NCBI RefSeq assembly: GCF_009914755.1
Contig: NC_060947.1
DNA from: the human T2T-CHM13v2.0 reference genome, Homo sapiens
Reading direction: 5' to 3' (one strand)
DNA length: 64,000 nt
Shown: positions 50,171 to 62,081 of the stretch, one piece after another
Layout: every line of letters starts with the position of its first letter
Position numbering within the stretch: position 1 is the first letter of the stretch
Position numbers and translations under genes: made by a program
The notes under the pieces: generated by a model
Databases searched by the model: none
The model's input: only the letters and a program-made list of their open reading frames with translations
What the model was told of the DNA's origin: nothing

Positions 50171-50639
50171 CCGGGTTGGAGAGAGATCTATCTTAATGGG
50201 AATAGACTTTTCCAAAGTCAGTCATTTGGGGGAAGAAGCAAATCATCACATAGAAAACTAAAATTTAAAACGTAAGTCTTCAAGGAAAAAAAAATAAAGT
50301 CTTGCATCTTTCAAAAATATTTGGAAGCAAGTTTCTACCCATCTCCTCTTGCCACTCATTCAACCTTATGCATGGGAGGAGGAATAACTTGATGAGATTC
50401 AGAAAAGGGTTATAATGGATAGACAGCCTAGGCCCCTCTTGGCTCTTGAGCTTATTCCACACAGCAGGGTGTGGAAAAGACTGCAGTCCTTCACTACCTG
50501 GCCTGCCAAACATATGCTATGTAGACTCAACTCTCTCCCCTCGGAGTGGGGGATCTGAAAGTCCTTAGATTTGTGGTAGAAATTCATTTCAGCTTCAGGT
50601 CCAAGCCACATTCTCCAATTCAGCTTATTAGCTATAAAG

Positions 50640-50980
50640 CTGATATTTATTTGTATTCTTTTTAAAAACTGTAATATATAAATTGTTTTTTAAAAAATAA
50701 CATATGCCCATGGTAAAAAGTCAAACAATACAAAAAGGTATACAGTAAAAAGTTTATTTTCCTCTTTCCCACTCTTGGCCTCAATCCTCCCGTCAAATTT
50801 TCCAAAAGTAGCCACTGTTACCAGTTACTTATGTATCCTTCCAGAGATACTCCATGTATTTACAAGCATATTGTATGTAGGTATGTGGGAGTATCCCATT
50901 TTTTTGCACAAATGATGGCCTACTATACATGCTGTTTCAAATATTGCTATCTTCACTGAACAATATATTAAAGTTGATAT
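50640..50980 (-). mobile_element. L1ME4-like 3' fragment
   Basis: ATAACATATGCCCATGGTAAAAAGTCAAACAATACAAAAAGGTATACAGTAAAAAG signature. Confidence 0.65.
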
Positions 50981-53900
50981 TTTAATTCCCCTCCAAGATA
51001 AAAGGTGAGTCGTAAGCAACAACAGCAAGGAAAATAGAGTCCCTCTTTAGCACCTCATTCTAGGAACCCTTACATAACTGCAAACGTTTCTAGTACTGGT
51101 CACAATGGTCACATGGAGATATTCTGGGAGCATGGTCTGAATGTATCTTTTGGGAAATGACAAGCTGAGGATGAGTATCTTGGATTTTAGAAACAAGATT
51201 ATCTAGTTACATGTTTTTGAGTTTGTTTCCCTCCTACTGTCTCTAAACATTTATTCATCTTGTAAAAAATAAGAGCCTGATTTCAGCTGTGCTACAGAAA
51301 ATGATGATGAATACCTCATTATCTGTAATTTGTCCATCCACGGGGACAAAGGGGAAACAGCCTCTCCCCCGCTAACCATCACTACCTTGTAGCCAGCATG
51401 GAGATGGCAACATGGAATAGCAACACTCTCAAGAGGAAGGCGAGTCTAGGGAAAAAAAAGCCAGGTCCCGGGGTTCTAGCTATCTTTTCTATATGCAGAT
51501 GCTGTTTTCATTATTATCTTGGAGACTTCGATTTTTAATTTATTAAAAGACACTGCCTAATTTCCTACCCCTTCCTTGGCAGCTGAAGTACCAGTTTCTT
51601 ATTATGACCACTGATAAAGGCATTGCTGTCATGAGCTTCATCATCCTCAGCATTCCTTGCAGAGCTTGAAGGAGTCATATAACAAATACCAATCATAACA
51701 TTTTGCACTTGCACCTTTCCAGGTGCTTTCAGAATCTTAACAGAAAGTACTATTAGAATATAAAAGTGAAACACAGGCACGGATTTCCTATTGTGTGACT
51801 TTAGGTAATTATGAATATCAGTGATTCTCTAAAATATCGGGCTGCTTTAGATGATTTCTAAGTTCTCTTTCTTCAGTGACACCATTTGATGTTCTTCACT
51901 CATTTGGTAACTGCTACAAACAAGTGAAACAGATAAGTGAGGCCTAATGAAACTGATTTGACAGTTGAGAATACTGAGGCACAAATAGGCTAAGTAATTT
52001 TTTTAAGGTTGCAAAACCAATTTGGAATAGGGTTGGAACTGGAAATTGGGATCTTTCTGCTATTTTAAGATCTCCCTAAAGAATATGGCGAAGGTGACTT
52101 TGGCCAGTAGCAGAAATGAGGGGTATAAATTTTCCTTAGAACTCAGGAGATTAAGCCTGCCTTAATGGATGCTGCTGGCATCCTTGTAGAGTATTGGGAA
52201 TTGGTAAGAAAGAGCTAGGCCATATATCCTCAAGTGCTAAAGTCAGGAAGCCTGGGAAATTTTATATGAACAAACAACTAATTGTGTGTATATTTGTGTG
52301 TGCTTCTGTGGCATTCAATAAAAAAAAACAACAAACATCTATTTTATATCTTCACCTCTGATGTGAAAGCTCTCCAGAGTATACAAAAATATGACCCTTG
52401 TTTTCAACAATCTTGAAACTTACAGAGAAATCAAATGCACAAATGTAAAAAGTTGACAACCCAGGATGGGAGCCAGAAGCTTGGCTTGGAAGGAAATATA
52501 AGAGGCAGTGTCTTTCTTCAATCCTCCACCCCATTCTAAGAGAGGAGGGCTGTAATCCAAATTGCTATCTCTCAGGACAGTGTATGTTGACATTCCCACC
52601 TTCATCCTTAAAATATTTTTATCTCTTTTTCTCTCTTTCTTTCTCTCTCCCCTCTCCTCACACAGAGAAAGAATGGGGACTTGGGGGTTCTATCCTTTAG
52701 CAAAGACATAAATACAGCCTACTTTCAAGGGAAGGAAATAACTTTTCCCTCGGCCCCAAACTAAGCCCCACTGAAATGTAGTGTTCTAGGAATTTATTCC
52801 TATGATCTACAAGATCTAGAATATTTGTGAGATTACAAGATCCTGGAGAGCACTTCCAAAATATGAAGTGTATGCAAATGAAAGGGATTTCAAAAATACT
52901 AATTATTATCATTATTTAAACAAATCTTTGTTGATCTGAATATAATACACTCTGCATAATGATTATCCCTGCACAAGGGCTCTCTCTGGTTTCCATCCTT
53001 GTAACAATTGTGCTCTCTATAATGAATGAACTAGACTATATTGTGCACTGAAAGGAAAGCTGAGTTAAACTAAATTATTAGCAGTTCTTTTGTTCTGCAT
53101 TCAAGAAGCAATTACTCTTGAATTATGACAGCCAGCCTCCTTTCCCATCCCCTACATTTCAAAAAGCAAGCAACATCCCACCCAAAGTCCCTAGATTCAA
53201 AATACCAGTGCACAATCCCCAAAACCAACGGGACCTCAAAACATTAAATAACTAAATATAATGTACAAAATATGTATATTTTTACAAATATACATAATAT
53301 ATAAATTCTGTACATTATATAAAATTCAAATGTGTGTGTATTTTACATCTTTAATTCTTTATTGTCAGCCTAGCAGTTTTCTCTTTCAGACCTGCAAACT
53401 TTGATTTCTGACACGAGACTGGATCTGGTGCCGTGCACATAGTAGGAAGTCAAAATCAAATTTCTAGATGAATGAAGCAATTCATGTTAATTGAGTATTC
53501 AGAGAAACCTGAGCAAAGCCAATTGACTGAGTTAGTAAATTGGTTGCTATGGCAACATTTTCCTGATTGGAAAGAAATTATAGCAGGGTCAAGAGCAGAT
53601 TTTACACAACTGACAATAATGGGAGAGGAGAGAACAGCATGATCTTTTCTTAATTTTTTCCTGTTTTGGAAATGAATTAATAGATATATAGAAAAGACAA
53701 TTTGTGGTTTTCTCTGGGAGCTCTCTTTCAGGAGAGAGGCCAACTATTTTAATAACAAGCTGTTTTCTTGACTGAGTTCTGCCATTAGTAACTCTCAAAA
53801 ATGCAGGTGGAAAAAAAAGTACTATAATGAATTTTGGTAGTAAGGTTGTAAGGGGCTTGCTGAAGGCTGTGAACAGGCAAAGGACATAAAGATTTCCATT

Positions 53901-54024
53901 GCCTGGAACTACTCTTGGTGAGAAACAGTAATGTTGTTTTTGTTGGTTTGCTCGTTTTGCTTTTAGTTTCATTTAGTTTTGCTTTGTTTGTTTCTCAGTT
54001 GGAAAAAGAACACTCAGGTCTTAG

Positions 54025-54490
54025 GTTAACAATATTAAAAGATAAACTTGGGCACATTAAAATTTTAAAGAGTTTATTTGAGCAGACAGCAATTCATAAA
54101 TCGGGCAGCTCCACACCACAGGCACTTTGGGGCTCCACCCCAACAGATGCAAAAGGAAAACTTATAAGGTAGTCATGGAAGCATAATTTAAAAATATATA
54201 TTTGATTGGTTAAAGTGAAAAGTCCCCAATTATAGGTTAGTGGGCAATTTCTGATTGGTTAAATTACTCTGAGATGAGTTTCAGTTTGGTTATTTTGGAA
54301 CCCAGAATGCTGGAGCCATCTCAGCCTAATGGCCTCTCATTTAACTTTTACCTACTTACTTATTTATTTAGAGATGGGGTCTCACAATGTTGCCCAGGCT
54401 GGTCTTGAACTCCTAGGCTCAAGTAATCCTCTTCCCTGAGCCTCCCAAGTAGCTGGGATTACAGGCCCATTTAATTTTTTTTTTTTAACA
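54025..54490 (-). mobile_element. MER93-like ERV1 LTR containing a FLAM/Alu monomer fragment (about 54350-54467)
   Basis: Minus strand TGTTAAAA...GAGGCCATTAGGCTGAGATGGCTCCAGC; the Alu piece is flanked by CATTTAA(C/T)TTTT. Confidence 0.65.
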
Positions 54491-54712
54491 ATAGTGATTG
54501 AATAACCATTGAGTTACTGACAGAATTTCAAAGGGATACCAATTTGTGGTCATTTTTACATGCTTATTATTTCTGTAATTGCATACTAACAAAGTGTATC
54601 TAATTAACAGGTAGTTACACTTTTGTGATGCTGTTTTCATAAAGAAGCAATGTAGTATAGTAGAAGGAGCAATGGAAGAGATGTTGGAAGGCCAGAGTTA
54701 GAACTCCATCAC

Positions 54713-55143
54713 TGTGATGGTTAACACTGAGTGTCAACTTGATTGGATTGAAGGATGCAAAGTATTTATCCTGGGTGTGTCTGTGAGGGTGTTGCCAAAG
54801 GAGATTAACATTTGAGTCAGTGGGCTGGGGAAGGCAGACGCACCCTTAATCTGGGTGGGCACCATCTAATCAGCTGCCAGTGCAGCTAGAATATAAAGCA
54901 GGCAGAAAAACGTGAAAACACTAGACTGACCTAGCCTTCCAGCCTACATCTTCTCTCATACTGGATGCTTCCTGCATCAGACTCCAAGTTCTTCAGTTTT
55001 GGGACTTGGACTGGCTCTCCTTACTCCTCAACTTGCAGATGGCCTATTGTGGGACCTTGTGATCATGTGAGTTAATACTTAATAAACTACCCTTTATATA
55101 TCTCCTATTAGTTCTCTCCTTCTAGAGAACCCTGTCTAATATA
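54713..55143 (+). mobile_element. 5' LTR, MLT2A1-type
   Basis: TGTGATGGTTAACACTGAGTGTCAACTTGATTGGATTG start, TATAAA near 54892, AATAAA at 55081; followed by GATTTTGGTGCCAGGAGTGG (primer binding site region). Confidence 0.9.
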
Positions 55144-55187
55144 GATTTTGGTGCCAGGAGTGGTTCTAGAGGAACAGAATACTAAGG

Positions 55188-56921
55188 ATGGAGTTCTTTA
55201 GTTTGTTTTGGGGTTTCTGGAGTTGGCTGCTTAATAAAATTAGACCCCCAAATCCTAAGGATTCTACTTCAAATAGTATGGAGAACACTGATAGTCCTTG
55301 GCATGAACTGCTTACAGAGTTATGCAAAATAAATGCATTTGACACTCCTGATTCACCACTCATGAGAGGCAAGGAGTTTAGTGACTCTATACATAATACC
55401 TTTGACCATATGTGGAGAACCAAGGAACACAATGAAGCTGGTTGGTTGTTTCTAAGTTCAGTGGACCAAGTGATGAAAGAAAAGGATAAACTCAGGGATT
55501 CTAACTCCCAGCTTTAGAAGCAGATACTGAGCCTCAAATCTATTAAGATTGCCCTGAGTGAGAGTCTTATCTCCTGTAGAGAAAGAACTGAAATTGTGGA
55601 AAAACAGACACAAGCTCTTATCATACGAGTGGCTGACCTGCAATGAAAGGTGCATGCACAGCCCCACCAGGTGTCTACTGTTAAAGTGAGGGAATTGATT
55701 GGAAAAGAACGGGGCCCTGAAACTTGTAATAGGGATGTGTGGGAGGACCCTGTTGAAGCTGGGGACACTGAGTTTGTAAACTCTGATGAATCTTGTTTGC
55801 CAGAAGAAACAGCTTCCCCATCCCCAGTAGTGGCAACATCCCCCCAACCCCCAACCCATGCTGCCATCAGCCTTTCCACCTTTGTCTGAGGAGATAAACC
55901 CTGTGCTGCCTGAGGCAACAGTAATGGCCTCCCCTGAGGCAGTTGCCAGACAAGATAGTATTGATTATCCTCAGGAGCCACCCCCAACACCCCTGTTTGC
56001 TTTCAGACCTATAACTAGACTAAAGTCCCAGCAGGCCCCTAGAGGTGAAGTTGAGAGTGTGAACCATGAGGAGGTGAGCTACACTTGAAAAGAACTGCCT
56101 GAGTTTTCTAATTTATATAAGAAGAAATCTGGAGAACAGGCATAGGAATGGATATTAAGGGTGTGGAATAATGGTGGAAGGAGCACAGAGTTGGATCAGA
56201 CTGAATTTATTGATTTCGGCCCACTAAGTAGGGACTCTTCATTTAATGTTGCAGCTCGGGAAGTTAAAAAAGTTCTTATAGTTTATTTGCTTGGTTAGCT
56301 AAAATATGGATGACCTACTGTGAGTGAGCTGCAAACGCCTGATCTCCCTTGGTTTAATGTAGAGGAAGGGATCCACAGGCTTAGAGAGATTGGGATGGTG
56401 GAGTGGATTAGTCACTTCAGACCTATTCATCCCAGCTGGGAGGGTCCAGAAGATATACCCTTGACCAATGCCTTGCGAAATAGATTTGTGGGGGTAGCAC
56501 CTGCATTTCTGAAGAGCGCTGTAATTGCTCTTCTCTGTATGTCAGGTCGGGAACTGCAGTCATTCAACTACAAAATTTAAATACAATGGGAATAATTGGA
56601 TCCCAAGGTGGCAGGGGCCAAGTAGTGGCACTCAACAATCAAAGGCAAGGTAGGCATAGCTACCATAATGGACAGCAGAGGCAAAGCAGCAATCAGAATT
56701 TTCTGACTCATGTAGAGCTCTGGCATTGGCTAATTAATCATGGTGTTCCTAGGAATGAAATTGATAGGAAGCCTACTGCATTCCTACTTAATTTAGATAA
56801 GCAGAAAACTTCTAGGTTGAATGGAAAAAAGATTAATTTGAATTATAAAAACAGAGATTCACGGCCCCTCAATGAATTTCCAGGCTTCAGCCAGTTTACA
56901 GACCCAGAACCTCTTGAATGA
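55188..56921 (+). pseudogene. HERV-L gag remnant
   Basis: SNSMENTDSPWHEL, PDLPWFNVEEGIHRLREIGM and ELWHWLINHGVPR peptides; stops and frameshifts. Confidence 0.88.
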
Positions 56922-56989
56922 AGGGGAGGCCAGGTCCACTAGAGGAAGGACCCCACTACACTACTGACAATTTATGCTGTTAATCTTTC

Positions 56990-58460
56990 TCCCATCATTC
57001 TCCAAACAGACCTCTGGCCTTTTACCAGGGTAACTGTGCATTGGGGAAAAGGAAATGATCAGACATTTTGGGGACTACTGGACACTGGCTCTGAGCTGAC
57101 GTTTAATCCAGTGAACCCAAAACGTCACTGTGGCCCTCCAGTTAAAGTATGGGATTATGGAGGTCAGGTAATTAATGGACTTTTAGCTCAGGTCTGACTT
57201 ACAGTGGGTCCAGTGGGTCTCCGGACTCATCCTGTGGTTATTTCTCTAGTGCCAGAAGGCATAATTGGGATAGGCATACTTAGCAGCTGATAGAACTCCC
57301 ACATTGGCTCCCTGACTGGTAGAATAAGGGCTATTATGGTAGGAAAGGCCAAATGGGAGCCATTAGAGCTGCCTCTACCTAGAAAAATAGTAAATCAAAA
57401 ACAATATCACATCCTTGGAGGGATTGCTGAGATTAGTGCCACCATCAAGGACATGAAAGACGCAGGGGTGGTAACTCTCACCACATCCCCATTCAACTCT
57501 TCCATTTGGCTTGTGCAGAGGACAGATGGATCTTGAATGACAGTGGATTATCGTAAGCCTAACCAAGTGGTAACTCTAACTGCAGCTGCTGTACCAGATG
57601 TGGTTTTATTGCTTGAGCAAATTAACACATCTCCTGGTATCTGGTATTCTGCCATTGACTTGGCAAATGCCTTTTTCTTCATTCCTGTCCATAAGGCCCA
57701 CCAGAAGCAATTTGCCTTCAGCTGGCAAGGCCAGCAATATACCTTTACTGTCCTTCTTCAGGAGTATATCAACTCTTTCGCTTTGTGTCATAATCTTATT
57801 CGGAGAGACCTTGATCACTTTCTACTTCCACAAGATATCACACTGCTCCATTATATTGATGACATTATGTTGATTGGATCCAGTGAGCAAGGAGTAGCAA
57901 ACACACTAGACTTATTGGTGAGACATCTGCCCACCAGATGATGGGAAATAAATCCAACTAGAATTCAGGGACATTCTACATCAGTAAAACTTCTAGGGAT
58001 CCAGTGTTGTGGAGCCTGTCAAGATACTCCTTCTAAGGTGAAGGATAAGTTGCTGCATTTGGTCCCTCCTACAACCAAGAGGCACAACACCTAATGGGCC
58101 TATTTGGATTTCGGAGGCAACACATTTCTCATTTGGGTGTGTTACTCCAGCCCATTTATCGAGTGACCCAAAAGGCTGCCAGTTTTGAGTAGGGTCCAGA
58201 ACAGGAGAAGGCTCTGCAACAGGTCCAGGCTGCTCATGCTCATGGAATTCACTGCTCTTTCCATGTTCCCCACCATCCTGAAGCAGCTGGATTGACAGAA
58301 CGGTGGAATGGCCTTTTGAAGTCACGATTACAATGCCAACTATGTGACAATACTTTGCAAGGCTGGGGCAAAGTTCCCCAGAAGGCCATGTATGCTCGGA
58401 ATCAGCTTCCAATACATGGCACTGTTTCTCCTATAGCCAGATTCACGGGTCCAGGAATCA
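56990..58460 (+). pseudogene. HERV-L pro-pol remnant (protease, RT, C-terminal part of integrase)
   Basis: GLLDTGSE protease motif near 57072; AIDLANAFF and HYIDD RT motifs; ERWNGLLK integrase motif. Confidence 0.9.
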
Positions 58461-58464
58461 AGGG

Positions 58465-58860
58465 GTGGAAGTGGTACAACTCATCATCACCCCTAGTGAT
58501 CCACTAGCAAAATTTTTGCTTCCTGTTCCCAGGACATTATGTTCTGCTGGCCTAGAGGTCTTAGTTCCAGAGGGAGGAACACTGCCACCACGAGACACAA
58601 TGATTCCATTAAACTGGAAGATTGCCAGTGGACACTTTGGGCTCCTCCTACCTTTAAGTCAACAGGCTAAGAAGGGAGTCACAGTGTTGGCTGGGGTGAT
58701 TGACCCAGACTATCAAGATGAAATAAGTCTATGGCTCCACAACAAAGGCAAGGAAGAATATGCATGGAATACAGGATATCCATTAGGGTGTCTCTTAGTA
58801 TTACCATGCCCTATGATTAAGGTCAATGGGAAACTACAACAGCCCAATGCACGAGGACCT
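58465..58860 (+). pseudogene. HERV-L dUTPase remnant
   Basis: SAGLEV, GHFGLLLPLSQQAKKGV and AGVIDPDYQDEI correspond to dUTPase motifs 1-3; position after integrase is typical of ERV-L. Confidence 0.85.
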
Positions 58861-59332
58861 AGACCCTTCAGGAATGAAGGTTTGGGTCACTCTTCCAGGA
58901 AAAAAACCACAACCTGCTGAGGTGCTTGCTGAAGGCAAAGGGAATACAGAATGGGTAGTGGAAGAAGGTAGTCATCAATATCAGCTACAGCCATGTGGCC
59001 AGCTGTATAAATGAGGACTGTAATTGTCATGAGTATTTCATCCTTTTGTTAAAAATGTATTTGTGCATGTATACACTTGCACTAAGAAAATATCTTCATT
59101 TAATTTCCTTTTTCCTTTATCATGTAACATAAGATTTATTGACTTCATATCAATATTTAAGAATTGTTAACTTTATGTAATAGTATTTGGGTTGGGGATT
59201 GGTGCATTTTCAGTTATATGAAGGATAGATGTATTACGTTAGGCATAATTATGACCTTATTATTGTCTTTATTTGAAGATTATGTATAATCTCAGGGGAT
59301 GTATATGTGTTCAAGTTGACAAGAGGTGGACT

Positions 59333-59766
59333 TGTGATGGTTAATACTGAGTGTCAACTTGATTATATTGAAAGATGTAAAGTATTGATCCTGGGTGTGT
59401 CTGTGAGGGTGTTGCCAAAGGAGATTAACATTTCAGTCAGTGGTCTGGGAAAGGCAGACGCACCCTTAATCTGGATGGGCACCATCTAATCAGCTGCCAG
59501 TGTGGCTACAAGCAGGCAGAAAGACATGAAAAGACAAAACTGGCCTATCCTCCCAGCCTACATCTTTCTTCCATGCTGGATGCTTCTTGCCCTCGAACAT
59601 TGGACTCCAAGTTCTTCAGTTTTGGGACTTGGACTGGCTCTCCTTGCTCCTCAGCTTGCAGACGACCTATTGTGGGACCTTGTGATCATGTGAGTTAATA
59701 CTTAATAAACTCTCCTTTATATATATCCTATTAGTTCTGTCCCTCTAGAAAACCTTGACTAATACA
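59333..59766 (+). mobile_element. 3' LTR, MLT2A1-type
   Basis: Direct repeat of the 5' LTR, preceded by purine-rich AAGAGGTGGA; ends ACTAATACA. Confidence 0.92.
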
Positions 59767-59936
59767 ATCACTTACAAGTTGGGTGGTCATACATGTTGTT
59801 TGAATATCAGATTCTGTACATATCAAGAAAAAAAATAAGACTGCTGTTAGTTTCTCTGCCTACCTCACAAGTGGTTATGAGAATCAAATAAATTAGTTTA
59901 TGTGTATTAACTATGAAATTAACGTATAAACATAAG

Positions 59937-60113
59937 TGAGGTCAGCTTCATGGGCATGCAAGCTGTGCAGCTGTACAGTGCCCTATGCTTAGAAGGGCCC
60001 CACACTTGTTTTATTGCACTGTTGTCACCATCTTGAAATTCTTAATAATTTTTTAACAAGGGGCTCACATTTTTATTTTGCACATAACTCCACAAATTTC
60101 ATAGCTATTTCTG
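59937..60113 (+). mobile_element. MER91A (hAT-Tip100)
   Basis: GCTTCATGGGCATGC..AGAAGGGCCCC..CATCTTGAAATTCTTAATAATTTTT. Confidence 0.8.
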
Positions 60114-61296
60114 AATGCAAGATATTATTAGAAAGACATGTCTTCTTATAGAAGAAGCAATATTTGTGAGTTGCAGTTAACCCAGACTGTTTTTTGAATT
60201 GCAAATAGGACAGAATGCAAGAGATTTTTTTGTAATTCACTTCTAAGTGATATTAAGAAAACTACATAGGTCAAGGTTAAATAACAAGGTTGAGTTTAAG
60301 AATAATTAAAATCTAAATGAGAGAAATAATTGCATATTTCAATCTGCATCACTTTATATTTGACCTTGTTTGGAGCATTTCAAAGAGAATAGTGTTGTGT
60401 ACATTTGTGTTAGGGTCAGGGGAAGGGAGGGTTGTCAAATTTGTTACTATTGCTAGCCTCATTGGCAGCAGGTACCTGGATGGGAATGGCAATTCCTAGT
60501 CTAGTTGTTTTTATGACCCTAATCCCATGGTAAAAAATCTTTTCATTGTAATAGTTAAACGGATTAGACCACAGTATACCATGGCTTTCTTCTGCAACCC
60601 TTTAATGGCATTTATTCTTCATGGTACCACCTAAGATAGCTAATGTCTGTGAAGAGAAAAATCTTGAAAATGCAAATAAATTAGGGTCTGAAATGTAGCT
60701 TTAATGTGTGCCATCTTCATGTGGGAACTTGAGGAAAGCCCAGGGCCTTGAATCCAACAGGTAAACTAAGAAAAGAAAGAAAAACTTTAAATTTCTGCTA
60801 GAAAATATGTGACTTGTAAAATTCACCTTATTTTCAAATGCTTTGCACATTTTCTCTAACAGACACTAATGACTTTTCTGCACTAAAATTCAGTTGCTGA
60901 TAGGATTGCAAATAAGACTCTGGAGAATTAGTCTATGTATCTCCTTAGATTGCCCCAAGCTCTTCTTTAGACAAATGTAAAGAAAGGCTCGCCTCTGAAT
61001 AAAGCAGGCATATTTAATTTAAAAGATAGAAAATAATTAAACAGGGAAAACATTCTAAACCTATGGAAATTGGAATTTCTGAGATAAAATTTTGGGTAGG
61101 AATTACTAATTAATACTAAAACTCTAAAATGTTACCTGATTTCTTGGTGAGAAATCAGAGGGTGCTGAGTGCCAATTTCTGTGTGTGCATCTTCCCTGCT
61201 CCCTCTCCCTATGAAAAAATTTCTAGTTGATATTTCAGCTAAAAACAGCCCCTCTGTGACTGTCAGATATGTGAAATCAGCCATCTGGAATTCTTT

Positions 61297-61602
61297 TACT
61301 TTTTTTTTTTTTTTTTTTTTGAGATGGAGTTTTGCTCTTGTTGCTCAGGCCGGAGTGCACTGGTGCGATCTCGGCTCACCGCAACCTCTGTCTCCCGGGT
61401 TCAAGTCATTCTCCTGCCTCAGCCTTCTGAGTAGCTGGGATTACAGGCATGCGCCACCATGCCTGGCTAATTTTGTATTTTTAGTAGAGATGGGGTTTCT
61501 CCATGTTGGTCAGGCTGGTCTCGAACCCCCGACCTCAGGTGATCCACCCTCCTCGGCCTCCCAAAGTGCTGGGATTACTGGCGTGAGCCACTGCACTCGG
61601 CC
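61297..61602 (-). mobile_element. AluSp
   Basis: TTGCTCTTGTTGC, CTCACCGCAACC, TTTCTCCATGTTGGTC; TSD GGAATTCTTT at 61287-61296 and 61603-61612. Confidence 0.92.
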
Positions 61603-61910
61603 GGAATTCTTTCCTTTTTACTGCATCACTGTAGCCTCACTCTAAATCATCATGGGGGAAATGCATTTGCTATACAGGTAGTTTTTGTGGATTACACATG
61701 TGGCAAAATAAATAATAGATAAAAATAAATACAATCTAGAATGGCCAGGTAGCATATGTCATTCACCCTCAATGCCTGAACAATTTTTTTCTTCCCTGAA
61801 TAATGAGCAAATTTTAAACATAAATGGATTCATTTCACACAGGACATGGTACACACCAGCCACACAAAATAAACTTCTCAAACAAAAAGTTGGGTCAAAA
61901 ATTAAAACTA

Positions 61911-62081
61911 GTCCAGGTGTGGTGGCTCATGCCTGTAATCCCAGCACTTTGGGAGGCTGAGGCAGGAGAATCGCTTGAGCCCAGGAGTTCAAGGCTGCCG
62001 TGAGCTCTGATGGCACCACTGCACTCCGGCCTGGGCAACAGAGCGAGACCTAATGTCTTATTTAAAAAAAAAAAAAAAAAA
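61911..62081 (+). mobile_element. Alu monomer (FRAM/FAM-like)
   Basis: Single arm of about 150 bp with A tail. Confidence 0.8.

Larger units (their letters stand above)
54713..59766 (+). mobile_element. HERV-L provirus, internally deleted, inserted into a MIR
   Basis: Two LTRs, perfect 5-bp TSD ATCAC (54708-54712 and 59767-59771), gag-pro-pol-dUTPase order, no env. Confidence 0.97.

Noticed and set aside
53250-53345. AT-rich quasi-palindromic stretch
   Set aside because: Ordinary low-complexity TA sequence.
59015-59332. Possible env remnant before the 3' LTR
   Set aside because: It is AT-rich and non-coding, and ERV-L elements are known to lack env.
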